A DNA stretch of 64,000 bases from an uncultured Lentisphaerales bacterium. GTDB lineage: Bacteria > Verrucomicrobiota > Lentisphaeria > JABSQK01. A program made the translations under genes and the position numbers. The notes beneath the pieces were generated by a model. It was not told where the DNA came from and made no database searches. It was given only the letters and a program-made list of their open reading frames with translations. How positions within the stretch are numbered: position 1 is the stretch's first letter; every line of letters starts with the position of its first letter. Shown here piece by piece: positions 49,143 to 61,039 of this stretch. Where the stretch lies: positions 20,922-84,921 of the forward strand of contig CAYLNH010000004.1 of the NCBI GenBank assembly GCA_964384625.1, written 5' to 3'.

Positions 49143-49787
49143 CTAATCCTTCTTCGCGGGCGCCGGCACCAGCGGCGGAATTTCCGGACCGCGGCCGGGG
49201 ACGCTCCCGCCCTTTTCCGGCTCTTTCCCGGCGGGCAGCTTCTTCTCGTGGCCTTTGTTGATCGCCGCGATAAACGCGTCGGTAATGTCGAGTTGCTCCT
49301 GGGCGTACAGCACGACCACGGGCCGGGAATTGTCGAGTACGATGGTGTAGCCCTTCTTCTTGGCAAAGTTCTGCATCAGCGTCGTCAACTCCTTGAAGAT
49401 CCGGGTCTGTTCCGTCTGGGAGAACCGTCCGAAATCCCGTTTCTTCTGCTTGATCTTACGCTCGATCGCGATGACGCTCTGCCGGATCTCGCCTGCTTCT
49501 TTGGCCTTGGCGCGGCGGGCATCTTCGTTGAGCGCCGGACTTTCCATGGCCTGTCTGGCCTTCTGGAACTCCGCCAACCCGCGTTGGCGCTGTTTCTCCA
49601 GACTGGCCACATCCAGTTCCAGCTCCTTGTTCTTGTACTCCAAAAGCTGCTTGAGCTGCTGTGATTTCCAGTATGTGGCAAACGCCTTCTGCAGCTTGAC
49701 AGTGGCGATCTTCTGCTGTCCGAATGCCGGTACCCAAGCCCCAATCAGCCCCAGGACCAACACCAACCTGACTACGCTAATCCTCAT
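49143..49787 (-). CDS. skp: OmpH/Skp periplasmic chaperone
   Basis: Signal peptide, KIATV, coiled coil, AKKKGYTIVLD..VLYA..DIT; upstream of lpxD. Confidence 0.85.
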   Translation of the reverse strand: MRISVVRLVLVLGLIGAWVPAFGQQKIATVKLQKAFATYWKSQQLKQLLEYKNKELELDVASLEKQRQRGLAEFQKARQAMESPALNEDARRAKAKEAGEIRQSVIAIERKIKQKKRDFGRFSQTEQTRIFKELTTLMQNFAKKKGYTIVLDNSRPVVVLYAQEQLDITDAFIAAINKGHEKKLPAGKEPEKGGSVPGRGPEIPPLVPAPAKKD

Positions 49788-50310
49788 TGTCTTTCCGTTC
49801 GTTTTCAGTTTCGGCCTCCAGATTCTTGACGTCCTCGGCCAGATTCTCTACCACGGCCCCGAAACGTTCCTCGTTCGCCGCGTCGGCTTCGATCAGCTTC
49901 TGATGGGCGAGCAGACTGGTCTTGCCCTGCTCCAGGAGCTCGTCACCATGCTTGCCGGCCTCGTAGATGCTGAGCCATTCGCCGCCGGCCAGCTCGGCAT
50001 CGGAGAACGCGAACAGCCGTTTGACGCCCAACTCAACCAGCAGCCGCAGGTTCTCCGGGGTCACCCGGGCGATTTCCAGTTGCTCATGCTTCCGGCGCAA
50101 ATCCAGGGCGAACTTGGTCAGGACCCCCATGAACGTGCTGTCCATGTTGGGGCACTCGTTCAAGTCGACGACCAGACGGGTCACACCTTCGCCGAGCAGC
50201 TCTTCGACAAACCGCCGAAAACACGTACTGCAGGCGAACGTCGCACGCCCCACCACCCGGATGTATGCTGTATCCTCGGCGAATGCCGCCAAGATCCGAG
50301 TATCCGTCAT
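49777..50310 (-). CDS. STAS-domain anti-sigma factor antagonist-like protein
   Basis: IRVVGRATF, VVDLNECPNMDSTFMGVL. Confidence 0.88.
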   Translation of the reverse strand: MTDTRILAAFAEDTAYIRVVGRATFACSTCFRRFVEELLGEGVTRLVVDLNECPNMDSTFMGVLTKFALDLRRKHEQLEIARVTPENLRLLVELGVKRLFAFSDAELAGGEWLSIYEAGKHGDELLEQGKTSLLAHQKLIEADAANEERFGAVVENLAEDVKNLEAETENERKDNED

Positions 50311-50407
50311 GGTCTTTGGTTTCCCTGGTTTCGCACCGGCTTTTCGTTTTATTATAGGTTCGACGCCCGGCATTGCCACAGACTTCGGCGGGATATGTCC
50401 GCAAGAT

Positions 50408-50848
50408 TCAACCGCAGACCACTTCGCGCCCGCCGGCAACATGCCGGATCCAGACGTGGATGACCGGCCGGTCCGCGAACAATTCCGGGGCGCGCTCGGG
50501 CCATTCGATCAGCGTCACCCCGGCGTTGTCGTCAAGGTAATCCTCCAAGCCGAAGCTCAGCGCGTCCTCAACGCCGTGCAGCCGGTACAGGTCCACATGG
50601 TATAGACGCAGCGAATCCCCGACATATTCCTGCAGGATCGTGAATGTCGGGCTGGTGACCGGCACAAAGACCCCCAGGCCCCGGGCAACGCCCCGGGCGA
50701 ACACGGTCTTGCCGGCGCCCAGATCGCCGTGCAGCGCCACCAGCTCCCCGCCCGTCAGCTTCCCGGCCAGTTGCCGGCCGAGGGCCTCGGTGGCGGCTTC
50801 ATCCGGCGTCTGCACGGCATCGCGCCAGGATGTGGAGGCGGTTGTCAT
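50408..50848 (-). CDS. tsaE: tRNA threonylcarbamoyladenosine biosynthesis ATPase
   Basis: GDLGAGKT, VTSPTFT, HVDLYRL, IEWPE. Confidence 0.95.
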   Translation of the reverse strand: MTTASTSWRDAVQTPDEAATEALGRQLAGKLTGGELVALHGDLGAGKTVFARGVARGLGVFVPVTSPTFTILQEYVGDSLRLYHVDLYRLHGVEDALSFGLEDYLDDNAGVTLIEWPERAPELFADRPVIHVWIRHVAGGREVVCG

Positions 50849-50996
50849 CGAGGTCTGTTCCGGGTTCGTGAAAGCATCCGAATAGTATGAATCAAAGCCG
50901 GCGAAAAGCAACCGTCCACACGCATGGTCTGTTGCTTTCAGCGGCTTGTCAGATATAGTACCGTTGTCTGTCAGGCGCAACCGGAGGACTACATTT

Positions 50997-51299
50997 GTGA
51001 GAGAACTGATTGACACCTACCTCGACGCAACCGTGGTTGTCGATACCGACAGCGACTACAGCTTCATCGGCACGCTCCTCGGCAGTGACGCCAAGTATCT
51101 GCGACTCGGTGAGGTCGCGATCTACGACGAGAACCAGATTCGCGTCTCGCTGGAGGAGTACCTGATTGAGTCGGTCAAACTGGGATGTCCAACGTCGCGT
51201 CGGGAGATGCTGGTCCGCTTGAACCGCGTGATCAGCCTCAGCCGGCTGGCCGACATCGTGGACCCGATGCAGGACGACAATGCCGAACCCGGCGAATAG
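50997..51299 (+). CDS. small Sm/LSM-like domain protein
   Basis: GGAGG + GTG start; VVVDT..FIGTLLGSD..YLRL (Sm1-like) and MLVRLNRVISLS (Sm2-like). Confidence 0.65.
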   Translation: MRELIDTYLDATVVVDTDSDYSFIGTLLGSDAKYLRLGEVAIYDENQIRVSLEEYLIESVKLGCPTSRREMLVRLNRVISLSRLADIVDPMQDDNAEPGE

Positions 51300-53424
51300 A
51301 AAGCCGCTGCTGCCGCGGCGGCGCGGCACCGCGGCCTGTTTATGCTGGGCCCTGGTCTGGCCGCTGCTCGGTTTCGCCGTTCTGGCCAAGGCCCCGCTGG
51401 TGGCGGTTTTGGCCATCGCGGCAATGATCCCGGCCGTTATCACCGGGCGTTCCCTGCGCACCACGACCCGGGCCCTGGTCTATGCCGCCACTGCGGCTCT
51501 GATCGTCAGCTTTGTCATCCGCGAGGTCTACACCATTGACGCGGAACGCTTTTTCTTCCCGGTGGAGTTGATTGTGCCGTTCCTGGCGACGTTGGCGGTC
51601 GGCCTGCTCTACCTGGAACAGAGCCCCCGGGTCATCGCCGCCTGTCTGGCCTGTGCGCTGGCGGCGCAGTTGGCGATCGGCACCTGCCTGAACAACCCCG
51701 ATGCCTTTGTCGTTGCCATCGCGCCCGACGTCCTGCCGCGCTCGATCAGCAACGCCTTGCGCGATCGCTTCATTGTCTTTATCACCGCCATGATTCTGCA
51801 GGCGGGCGGCGTGCTCATGCTGTTGGTCAACGAAGAGCAGTTCGCCAGGATCCAGCGGCGGCATTCGACGCGCGTCTATATCAAGGGCGCGCTGGTCATG
51901 TTCACCGCGCAGTTGATGGTCTTTGCCGTGGGCGCCGGTTCCATCTGGGGCGTCCGGATTCTGTTTCCCAAACTGGATGCGCTGTTCAACCCGCTGTATC
52001 GCGAATACCTGCGGCGCGGTCGGGGCGTGCGGATCTTTCCCGAGGACGCCAACCTGCGCCAGACACTGGACGCCAAACGCGGCGACGACGAACAACAGCC
52101 GGCGCTGTATGTCCATGGCCCGATGCCGCCCGGCTACCTGCGCGGCAGGGTGTACCGCACCTACGGCAACGGCATCTGGACCAACAGCGGCGAAACCCGG
52201 GCGCTCCCGCTTGATGCGGTCGGCGGCGGCGTCAGTGCCCGACGCTACAAGGAATCGCAGACCCCGATCGACGACCTGCAGCAATTGGACATTCATGCGG
52301 CCGGTCGGTTTCGCAGCGATGTGTTGTTCTCCAACGGCCGGCCCGCGGCGATCGAGTTGATCGCCAACAGTCTCGGCCGCACGCCGGACGGCATGCTGAG
52401 CCCGAAATCCTGGGATGCCGAGGGGGGGTACAGCCTCTATTTCGGCCGGCTCAGCCAGACCGCGGCCTGGCCGGAACCAACGCCTGCGGACGTTCATCTC
52501 CAGGTGCCGGTGGAGATTCGCCCCGAACTCGAACGCCAGGTACGCAAGATCGGCATTCCCCCCGGCAGTTCAACGGAAGCACGAGTGCGCCTCACCGCCC
52601 ATCACCTGTTGAACAACTACACCTACAAACTCAACCCGGAGTTGCCGCCGCGGGACATTGACCCCGTCCTGTATTTCCTCGAGACCCGCGGCAACGGCCA
52701 TTGCGAGTACTTTGCTGCCGCGGTCGTACTGCTGTTGCGGGCCCAAGGCGTCCACGCCCGGTACGTCACCGGCTTCGTCTGTCTCGAGAACCGCACCGAC
52801 GAGCTGTGGATCGCGCGTCTCGGCGACTGCCACGCCTGGGCGGAAGCCTGGACGCCGACGTCCGGCTGGACCCTGGTCGAAGCCACGCCGGCGGCCGGCG
52901 TCCCCGGCGGCAGCGATCGTGCCGGGGCTTTTGCGGGACCGCTCGAAACGCTCAAAGCATTTGCGGCAAGTCTCTACTCGCAGGTCAAGCGCGGCTACTT
53001 CGCGGAGGCTGTCTACAGTCTGCTCCGCGGCCTTCGCGATCTGATTGTCTGGTTGTTCTGGAGCGGGCCGGCATACCTGGGCTGGTCCTTGCTCACCGCC
53101 GCCCTCGCGGCGACCGGCTGGCTCCTCTACCGGCGGCACCGCGCCCGCCGCGGACCGGCCGCCCGCCAACGCAAACTGCGGGAACTGTCGCTCTCCCTCG
53201 AGAGCTTCCTGGCCCGCTACGGCATTCGCCGCAAAACCACCCGGACACTGCGGGAAGCCGCCCGCTTCGCACTCAGCCGCGGTGTGCCGCGAGCCGAAGA
53301 ATTCCTCGGCTACATCACGGAGTATGAGTTGCTGCGGTATTCGAGGCAAGCCACGCCGGACGACGTCAGCGATTTCGCCGACCGCTTCAACCGCTGGCTG
53401 CGCACCCCGCCGGGGACCGCCTGA
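51280..53424 (+). CDS. TgpA-like membrane transglutaminase-domain protein
   Basis: Multiple TMs, YLRGRVY, GHCEYFA, CHAWAE, WTLVEATP. Confidence 0.9.
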   Translation: MPNPANRKPLLPRRRGTAACLCWALVWPLLGFAVLAKAPLVAVLAIAAMIPAVITGRSLRTTTRALVYAATAALIVSFVIREVYTIDAERFFFPVELIVPFLATLAVGLLYLEQSPRVIAACLACALAAQLAIGTCLNNPDAFVVAIAPDVLPRSISNALRDRFIVFITAMILQAGGVLMLLVNEEQFARIQRRHSTRVYIKGALVMFTAQLMVFAVGAGSIWGVRILFPKLDALFNPLYREYLRRGRGVRIFPEDANLRQTLDAKRGDDEQQPALYVHGPMPPGYLRGRVYRTYGNGIWTNSGETRALPLDAVGGGVSARRYKESQTPIDDLQQLDIHAAGRFRSDVLFSNGRPAAIELIANSLGRTPDGMLSPKSWDAEGGYSLYFGRLSQTAAWPEPTPADVHLQVPVEIRPELERQVRKIGIPPGSSTEARVRLTAHHLLNNYTYKLNPELPPRDIDPVLYFLETRGNGHCEYFAAAVVLLLRAQGVHARYVTGFVCLENRTDELWIARLGDCHAWAEAWTPTSGWTLVEATPAAGVPGGSDRAGAFAGPLETLKAFAASLYSQVKRGYFAEAVYSLLRGLRDLIVWLFWSGPAYLGWSLLTAALAATGWLLYRRHRARRGPAARQRKLRELSLSLESFLARYGIRRKTTRTLREAARFALSRGVPRAEEFLGYITEYELLRYSRQATPDDVSDFADRFNRWLRTPPGTA

Positions 53425-53501
53425 CGCGCCGGACGCCGACCCACTCCCGGGATCAGCGCCCTGCCCGATAAGCAGACAGGGGCCGCGGCGCGCACTCCCC
53501 C

Positions 53502-54401
53502 TCAGTGAAGCTGCCGGCGCGTTTCGTTGAGCTGGTAGATCACCTCAACGTAGTTCATCCCCGTGTCGATCGGCTGATAGATGATCCCCCATTCGCGGCA
53601 ACGCTCCTGCCAGTACCCCCGGAAGGCCGCGACATTCGCGGCCTGCTCTTTCCGCAACGCAACCAGATTGACCGGCAGCAGTTCGCCGCTCTCGGCATCC
53701 TCCAGGTGCGTGACGTCGTCAAACGGCAGCTCGATCTCCGCCTGATCGAGGATATGGAAAAGAATCAACTCGTCCTCCAACCCGGCCAGTTCCTCCATCG
53801 CCTGTTCCACCCGGTCCTCATCCTCCTCCAGATCCGTGCAGACGATGATCCGTCCGCGATGGCGCCGCAACTGCGTCACCGAACGAACCATGGTCGGGAA
53901 GGAATCGGCGCGGCCCGGCTCCAGTTCCGTCAGCTTCGCGTAGATCAGGTCCAGCTGGCTGCGCCGGGAGCGCGGCGGAATGTGATGCAGATCCTTGGCG
54001 TCATAGACCAGCAGACCCACTTGATCCTGCTGGCCCATGTGCAGGCAGGCCAGGCCCGCCAACAGGTTGGCCGCATACTCCAGTTTGCTGATCCGGCCGC
54101 CAAACCGCCACGCCATCGAAGCCGTCGCATCCAACATCAACATCAACTCCAGGTTCGTCTCGGCTTCGAAGCGCTTGACGAACAGGCGTTCCGTCCGCGC
54201 GTACACCCGCCAGTCGAGCAAGCGCGGGTCGTCCCCCGGGACGTACGGCTTGAAATCACTGAACTCCGTGCTGAACCCGCGGCGCCGACTGCGATGGACG
54301 CCGTAGCTCAGGCCGTCGGTGATCGTCTTCGCGACCAGATCGATCCGGCCCAATCGCTGGATGAAGCCCGGGTCGAAATACTTCGTGTCGATCGCCGTCA
54401 T
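53502..54401 (-). CDS. DUF58 domain protein
   Basis: GVHRSRRRGFSTEFSDFKPYVPGDDPRLLDWRVYART, LDATASM. Confidence 0.93.
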   Translation of the reverse strand: MTAIDTKYFDPGFIQRLGRIDLVAKTITDGLSYGVHRSRRRGFSTEFSDFKPYVPGDDPRLLDWRVYARTERLFVKRFEAETNLELMLMLDATASMAWRFGGRISKLEYAANLLAGLACLHMGQQDQVGLLVYDAKDLHHIPPRSRRSQLDLIYAKLTELEPGRADSFPTMVRSVTQLRRHRGRIIVCTDLEEDEDRVEQAMEELAGLEDELILFHILDQAEIELPFDDVTHLEDAESGELLPVNLVALRKEQAANVAAFRGYWQERCREWGIIYQPIDTGMNYVEVIYQLNETRRQLH

Positions 54402-56625
54402 GGCAGGAGAGCGTGGTACAAAATGTTGACGCTGAGAATGGCGGCGGATTCCTTCTTGAAGCCGATCACCGACTCATGCAGACCCTCGGACATGTCGCTG
54501 ACCATGTCCACCGGGGCGTAGACCAGAACCCAACGGCCTTCCCGACGAATACCGTACAGCGGCGCCCATTCCCGCTTCAAAGCCCGCTGGTAGGCGCGCG
54601 TGCCTTTCGCCGGATGTTTCGTCAGATCGAACGGCTTCTTGAACAGCGAGTCCGACGGCGGGATGCGTTCGAATTTGTCGTTCGGGAACGTCTGCTTCAC
54701 CAGCTTGCGAAAACCCAGATTGAACTCCTTGCTGCTGCAGGCGTTGGTGGCGAAGATCGTGCCGCCGTTCTGCACATAGGTTCGGAGGTTTACCACATCG
54801 GCTTCCTTCAGCGCCGGGTCATCATAGCCGGTGACGAACAAGACGGCCGACTGGAAGAGATCGTTCCGTCGCGGGCCGACATAGACCTCCCCGTCGAAGC
54901 GCGGAAAATCGTCGCGCAGCTTAAGGACCTCCTTGAGGGTGGCGAAGTAGCGGGGCGCCGCGTACCAGTTGCCGCCGTGCTTGAGCCGGCCGAACGCCTG
55001 GCGGAACTGCTTGCTTTTCCGCGCCTTCAACCGTTTGATCTGGTCAGCCGTCAACGCCACGCGCGCGGGCGGCTCGTCCAACTGCACTTCGTCGAGTTTC
55101 TCGCCGGCCTTGCGGTTCTGCAGCGCCCAGGCGACGATATTGGTGGCCACCTTGCCGGCCCGCAGCAGATCGCGTTGAACGTCGAGATCGCCGTTCAGCG
55201 GGCAGGAGATGTTGCGCCGCAAGATCAGCACGTTCAGCCGTTTGCAGCCGGCGCGGAACTCCAGCGCCGACACGTCCTTCAGTTCCAATCGGTGCTTGAT
55301 CCAGGTTACCGGGTGGTCCTTGTTGATCGGGATGAACTTCGGGTTCAGGTCCGGATACATCTCCTTGCACAACGTCTGCTCGAAGGCCCGGACGAAGTCC
55401 ATCTCGTCACAGGTAACCTCGGCAACCACAGTGCCGCCCTCATCAAGGAACGACTTGAGGAACTCGATCTCTTCCGGTGCTGCCTTGAATGTCTCCCGGC
55501 CGTTGACGAAGATCATGCTGGCCTTGGCCGCCGGCGAATCAAGCCGGTCCAGCCTGGCCGGCAGCCAGTCGAGGTTGCGTTCGAGAGCTTTGCCGGCGAT
55601 CCGGCACCAGTTCTGGACGTCCTGGTGTTGATTGTTCCAGTCGCCGTCCCAATGCCATTTGGCAATGGCAATCGGCGCTTTGCCTTTGGCCAGAAACAGC
55701 AGTGCGAAGGCCTTGTCCGGCACGGTCCGGATGCGTTTCATATCCTGCTGTTTCAGAATCCACGTCGCCCCCCAGCGGTACCAGTCGACGCCGGCAATGT
55801 CTTTGATGCCGAGGAAGATCGCCACCCGTTCCAGGGCGTAGAGCGCGTAGTAGCGGCGGCTGTTGGTGAAGACGTTGCCCGGAGTGCCCTTCTTCATGCG
55901 GCCGGCGATCCAGGAGAGGGCGGCGTACATCCCTTTGTTCCGTTCGTATTCGCCGCAGGCCCGGGGCTTGCGCTCGAGCTTTTCGCCCAGCAGATGAAGG
56001 CTGGCCAGACCGGCCAGCGTCATGGCTTCGGTCTTGACGCGGGAGCCGCCGACATAGCCCCAGGAGCCGTCGCGCTCCTGCGTGTTCAACCAGTGCTGGC
56101 GCGCCCGCTTTTTCAATCGCGCGTCCACGGTGATGCCGCAGCGTTCCGCCGCCGCGATGCCGAGAACCGCAAACTGCGTGTTTGAATTGTCATGGCGAAT
56201 GCCGTTGGCGCCGCGGGCATCGTAGGTCCAGGCGCCGTTGCGGGCCTGAGCGGTCTCAAGATAGCCGTAGGCCCGTTTGATGCGGGTCCGGTAGCGTTTG
56301 GGATCGACCTGTTCCAGCGCCACCGCGACCAGCGCTTCACTGTAAACCCGGGAGTCCGAGTGCTCGGCCACGTACCGGGTCGCCTGGCGCACCACCGGAT
56401 GGTCATTGGGCAGATTCGCCCGTTTCAGGGCCAGTAGACACAGCGCCGTACAGCCCACCGTGTAGCTGGAATAACTCCACGAACCGTCGCGGGACTGGCT
56501 GTCGCCAAGTTCCCGGATCAACGCTTTGATGCAGACGTCCACATCGCGGCTGCCGATGTCCTGCGCGCCCGCGGCGGGCGGGTACAGCAGCAACAGCGCC
56601 GCAAACCAGGCTGCAAACAGGCGGT

Positions 56626-56629
<4 letters not shown>
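54398..56629 (-). CDS. secreted prenyltransferase/squalene-cyclase-repeat protein with two DUF4159-like domains
   Basis: Signal peptide; QxxDGSW repeats, DNSNTQFAVL, YYALYALER, DWYRWGA, FALLFL; two FLDEGGT/YVQNGGT domains. Confidence 0.8.
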
Positions 56630-57984
<1,355 letters not shown>

Positions 57985-57991
57985 GCCCGAA

Positions 57992-59614
57992 TCAGTCCTT
58001 CTTGATTTCCTGTCCGCGATTCACCGCGAAATTCTGCGCGATCATCCGATACCGTGCCTGCTTCTCGCGGCTTTGCATCGCCGCCAGCCGCCGTAGACCG
58101 GTGTAAAGCTTTCCCGGCGCCACCTTGTGCCACTTCTGCGCCGCGGCTTTTTCTTCGTCGTTGAGCGTTCTGCCGTCCTGCGCCGCGCAAATTGCCGGCG
58201 GCGGCACCGGCGCCACCCGCAAGCCGCGGCCGAGGACGTCCCAGGGAAAGTCTCCAATAAACGCGGTTGCCTCAAAATTCAAGGGCGTTTCAAGGATGCC
58301 CCAGACCGAGTCAAAATATTTGCCGGCATGCAGTTGCTTGAGGATCGCCGGCACCTTGTTCTCGGCCTGGGCATAGTCGAACCGAGCCAGGGCCTGCTGC
58401 CAGAGCGGATGCCGCCGCACCTGAAGGGCGGTATACGACGCGTCAAAGGGATCCTCCACATGGCTCAGCCACGGATTCGTCAGCAGTTCCTGCGGCGACA
58501 GCGTCGTCTCCTTCAAAGCGAATTTCCGGTACGTCCGCTCCTCCCAGATCCGCCGCATCGGCAGCGTCAGACCCGACCAGATCTCGAGACCTTTTGCCGC
58601 GTCGACGGCGCCCGGGTCGTTCAGCCGCAGCCCCTCGGCAAACGCCGTCCCGACGGCCCCGCGGTACCAGGCCTTGAGACTGTCGTCGGCCCCCAGGTAG
58701 ACCTGCCGTTCCTCGCGCAGAACCTGCTGGAACAGCGGCCAGATGTACGCTTCATTGAGCGCCGCAGCAAACGCCCGATGGGCAACAGCAGGGTCGCGGC
58801 GCCGGGGGAGCTTGCGCTTCCAGTACAGCCGCTTGGCCAGACTTTCCCCCGGCAGTTCCGTGTCGATCACAAACTCGATCACCGGCACCGGGCATTTGGA
58901 CCGGCGCGCCAGTTCGGCATGCAGATTCACCAGCAGCCCGTACAGCAAGGCCGCCGGCAGAATGTCGTAGTCCGCCAGCTGCAGCGATAACGGCGCCGCC
59001 CGAAACAGGGCATTGGCGCGGGCCAGATCGGCGCGACGCGGCTCGGGATACAGCCGCTTCCGGACCTCCGGCGCCAATCCCGCCCAGTAGTCACGCAACG
59101 CGGTCACCTCCCGCTGCAGCGCCGGGTTGAAGTTCCGACGCAGCGAGCCGAAGGCCGCTTCCGCCACGGCGCGGACGCCGGCGTCGTCCGGCGAGCCCTG
59201 GAGCAACAAGTTGATTGCCCCCTCCAGGTCTCCCTGCCGCGCCAGCGCGGCCGCGGCCTGCCGCAAGCGCGGATCCGTCCGCCAATCCATCCGGGGCGGC
59301 CCGGTCTCCGGCTCCCGGCGCCCGGGGGCGCCCGGCTCATTTACCGCCGCCGGCCGGCCGTTCGCCGGTTCCTCGGGCAGCGGCGGCACGGCAATGCGGT
59401 CGCGGCGGCCGGCCCGGCGGAACTTGCCGAGATCCCGCCAGACGCCGCGCACCAGCACGGCGAAACCGATGCCGACAGCTGCCAGCAACACCAGAACCGC
59501 AAGCCAGACCCCCCGCTGGTGGCGGGCCAGCCGGCGATCCGCCCGCCGCAGAACCTCACGCCAACGCCCGTGGACCGGGGTCGATGAACGGCGTTTCGTT
59601 GCCTGTAACGACAT
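57992..59614 (-). CDS. hypothetical membrane-anchored protein
   Basis: 540 aa; TM, Pro-rich linker, helical domain; 7 nt upstream of the FHA-MoxR gene. Confidence 0.7.
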   Translation of the reverse strand: MSLQATKRRSSTPVHGRWREVLRRADRRLARHQRGVWLAVLVLLAAVGIGFAVLVRGVWRDLGKFRRAGRRDRIAVPPLPEEPANGRPAAVNEPGAPGRREPETGPPRMDWRTDPRLRQAAAALARQGDLEGAINLLLQGSPDDAGVRAVAEAAFGSLRRNFNPALQREVTALRDYWAGLAPEVRKRLYPEPRRADLARANALFRAAPLSLQLADYDILPAALLYGLLVNLHAELARRSKCPVPVIEFVIDTELPGESLAKRLYWKRKLPRRRDPAVAHRAFAAALNEAYIWPLFQQVLREERQVYLGADDSLKAWYRGAVGTAFAEGLRLNDPGAVDAAKGLEIWSGLTLPMRRIWEERTYRKFALKETTLSPQELLTNPWLSHVEDPFDASYTALQVRRHPLWQQALARFDYAQAENKVPAILKQLHAGKYFDSVWGILETPLNFEATAFIGDFPWDVLGRGLRVAPVPPPAICAAQDGRTLNDEEKAAAQKWHKVAPGKLYTGLRRLAAMQSREKQARYRMIAQNFAVNRGQEIKKD

Positions 59615-59658
59615 GGCGCTGATATCCTCAGTTCTGCTGCACCGGTGTCCCCGTTCGA

Positions 59659-60954
59659 TCAGCGAGGCTTGATCACAAACAACCCGGTGGTGATGGTCAT
59701 GGCTTGACCCAGGGACATGCGCTTCTGCTCATGTCCTCGGCCCCACGAGTCCGTGTAAACGACTTCCTTGGTCTTGGCATTGTAGCCGATGATCAGCCGC
59801 ATATGACCTCCCGACGCCTGCGGCAAATTGCGTTCTTCGACCAATCCGAGAATCACACTCCAGGCCAGCGGCAGGCCGTCCTCGATGTTCTCACGAATGG
59901 CTTCCTCGAAATCGGAGACCACCGACGACCGTTTCATGCGCGCCGCCTGCAGCAGTTCAAGGTCCATGGCGGCGAATGTCCTGTTCAGTTGAATCGGCCC
60001 GCGCCGCGGCAGCTTGATCGCCGCCTTGTCCGCGCGGCGCGCCAGCCGGTTGTAGTCGCGGACAATGCGCCGGACATCGTCCACGTCGAGCATCGTCTCC
60101 GTCTTCACTGAAATCCGGAATTTGCCGCGGATGCGCTTCAGCGCTTCCAGCAGTTCCTGCGGGCTGGTTCCCAGTTTGCCGGTATTCGCGATCTGCGCGA
60201 TTTCATGCTGATCCACCCGCCGACCGAAGTACTGCAGGATGCGCGCCGTCGCGGCGCAGGCACAGTAGCCTTTGCGGCCCTGATCCACCATCGGCACGCC
60301 GCGGATGAGCATATCTTCCTGCCGGGTGGTCACCACCCGACCGCGCAGTTCGCGCTTGCCCACCGCGTCCTTCACAATGTCCAGATTGCTCAGGCCGCGA
60401 TCCTCATTAAACGGCAGCACGCTGAGCCGGACGTATTCCGAACGGTAGCGGCGACGGCCGTCGACTCGCACCTTGCCGTCCTTGTAGTCGAGCCGGAACA
60501 GTACGCCGTGTCGCACCCAGAGGAAGGAATCCTTGTCCGTCGCCCCGGTGCTCCGGCGGCTCTTCGGGTCCTCCCCGGTCAACTCCGTCAGAACGGCCGC
60601 CGCTTTCTCAACCAGCGCGTCGAACTCATCCTCCGGAAGCATCTCGCGATCGCCGCGATTGTAGAGGCTGAGGGCGACGCTGCTGAGTCTGCCATGTCGG
60701 AACCGGACCAGAACCTCCACCACCGGCAGTCCTTTGAAACGCATCCCTTCGCCGACCGCGCGCAAGGAGGTCTTGTTCTTTGAGGTCCAGGTGAAGCGGG
60801 CAGTCTTGCCGTGGTCCCGGGCGAAACTCAGTGCCGTACTGCGGAACAACTGCTGGTCGGTGCACAACTTCGCCAGATCCTCCCCGCTCCAGACCGCAGC
60901 GACAACAAAGAAAAGCCCGGCGGCGATGCCCCGGCATGCCCGCTGTACGTCCAT
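59659..60954 (-). CDS. C39-like cysteine peptidase family protein
   Basis: VPMVDQGRKGYCAC, GGHMRLIIGYN, YTDSWG; AAGGA RBS. Confidence 0.8.
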   Translation of the reverse strand: MDVQRACRGIAAGLFFVVAAVWSGEDLAKLCTDQQLFRSTALSFARDHGKTARFTWTSKNKTSLRAVGEGMRFKGLPVVEVLVRFRHGRLSSVALSLYNRGDREMLPEDEFDALVEKAAAVLTELTGEDPKSRRSTGATDKDSFLWVRHGVLFRLDYKDGKVRVDGRRRYRSEYVRLSVLPFNEDRGLSNLDIVKDAVGKRELRGRVVTTRQEDMLIRGVPMVDQGRKGYCACAATARILQYFGRRVDQHEIAQIANTGKLGTSPQELLEALKRIRGKFRISVKTETMLDVDDVRRIVRDYNRLARRADKAAIKLPRRGPIQLNRTFAAMDLELLQAARMKRSSVVSDFEEAIRENIEDGLPLAWSVILGLVEERNLPQASGGHMRLIIGYNAKTKEVVYTDSWGRGHEQKRMSLGQAMTITTGLFVIKPR

Positions 60955-61039
60955 GAAAGGTCCTTCTTGATTCACGGTTGCTTGTTCACAAAATATACGG
61001 GCAAATTGGTCTGCCGACAAGTCTGAGTCCGCGGTCAAC

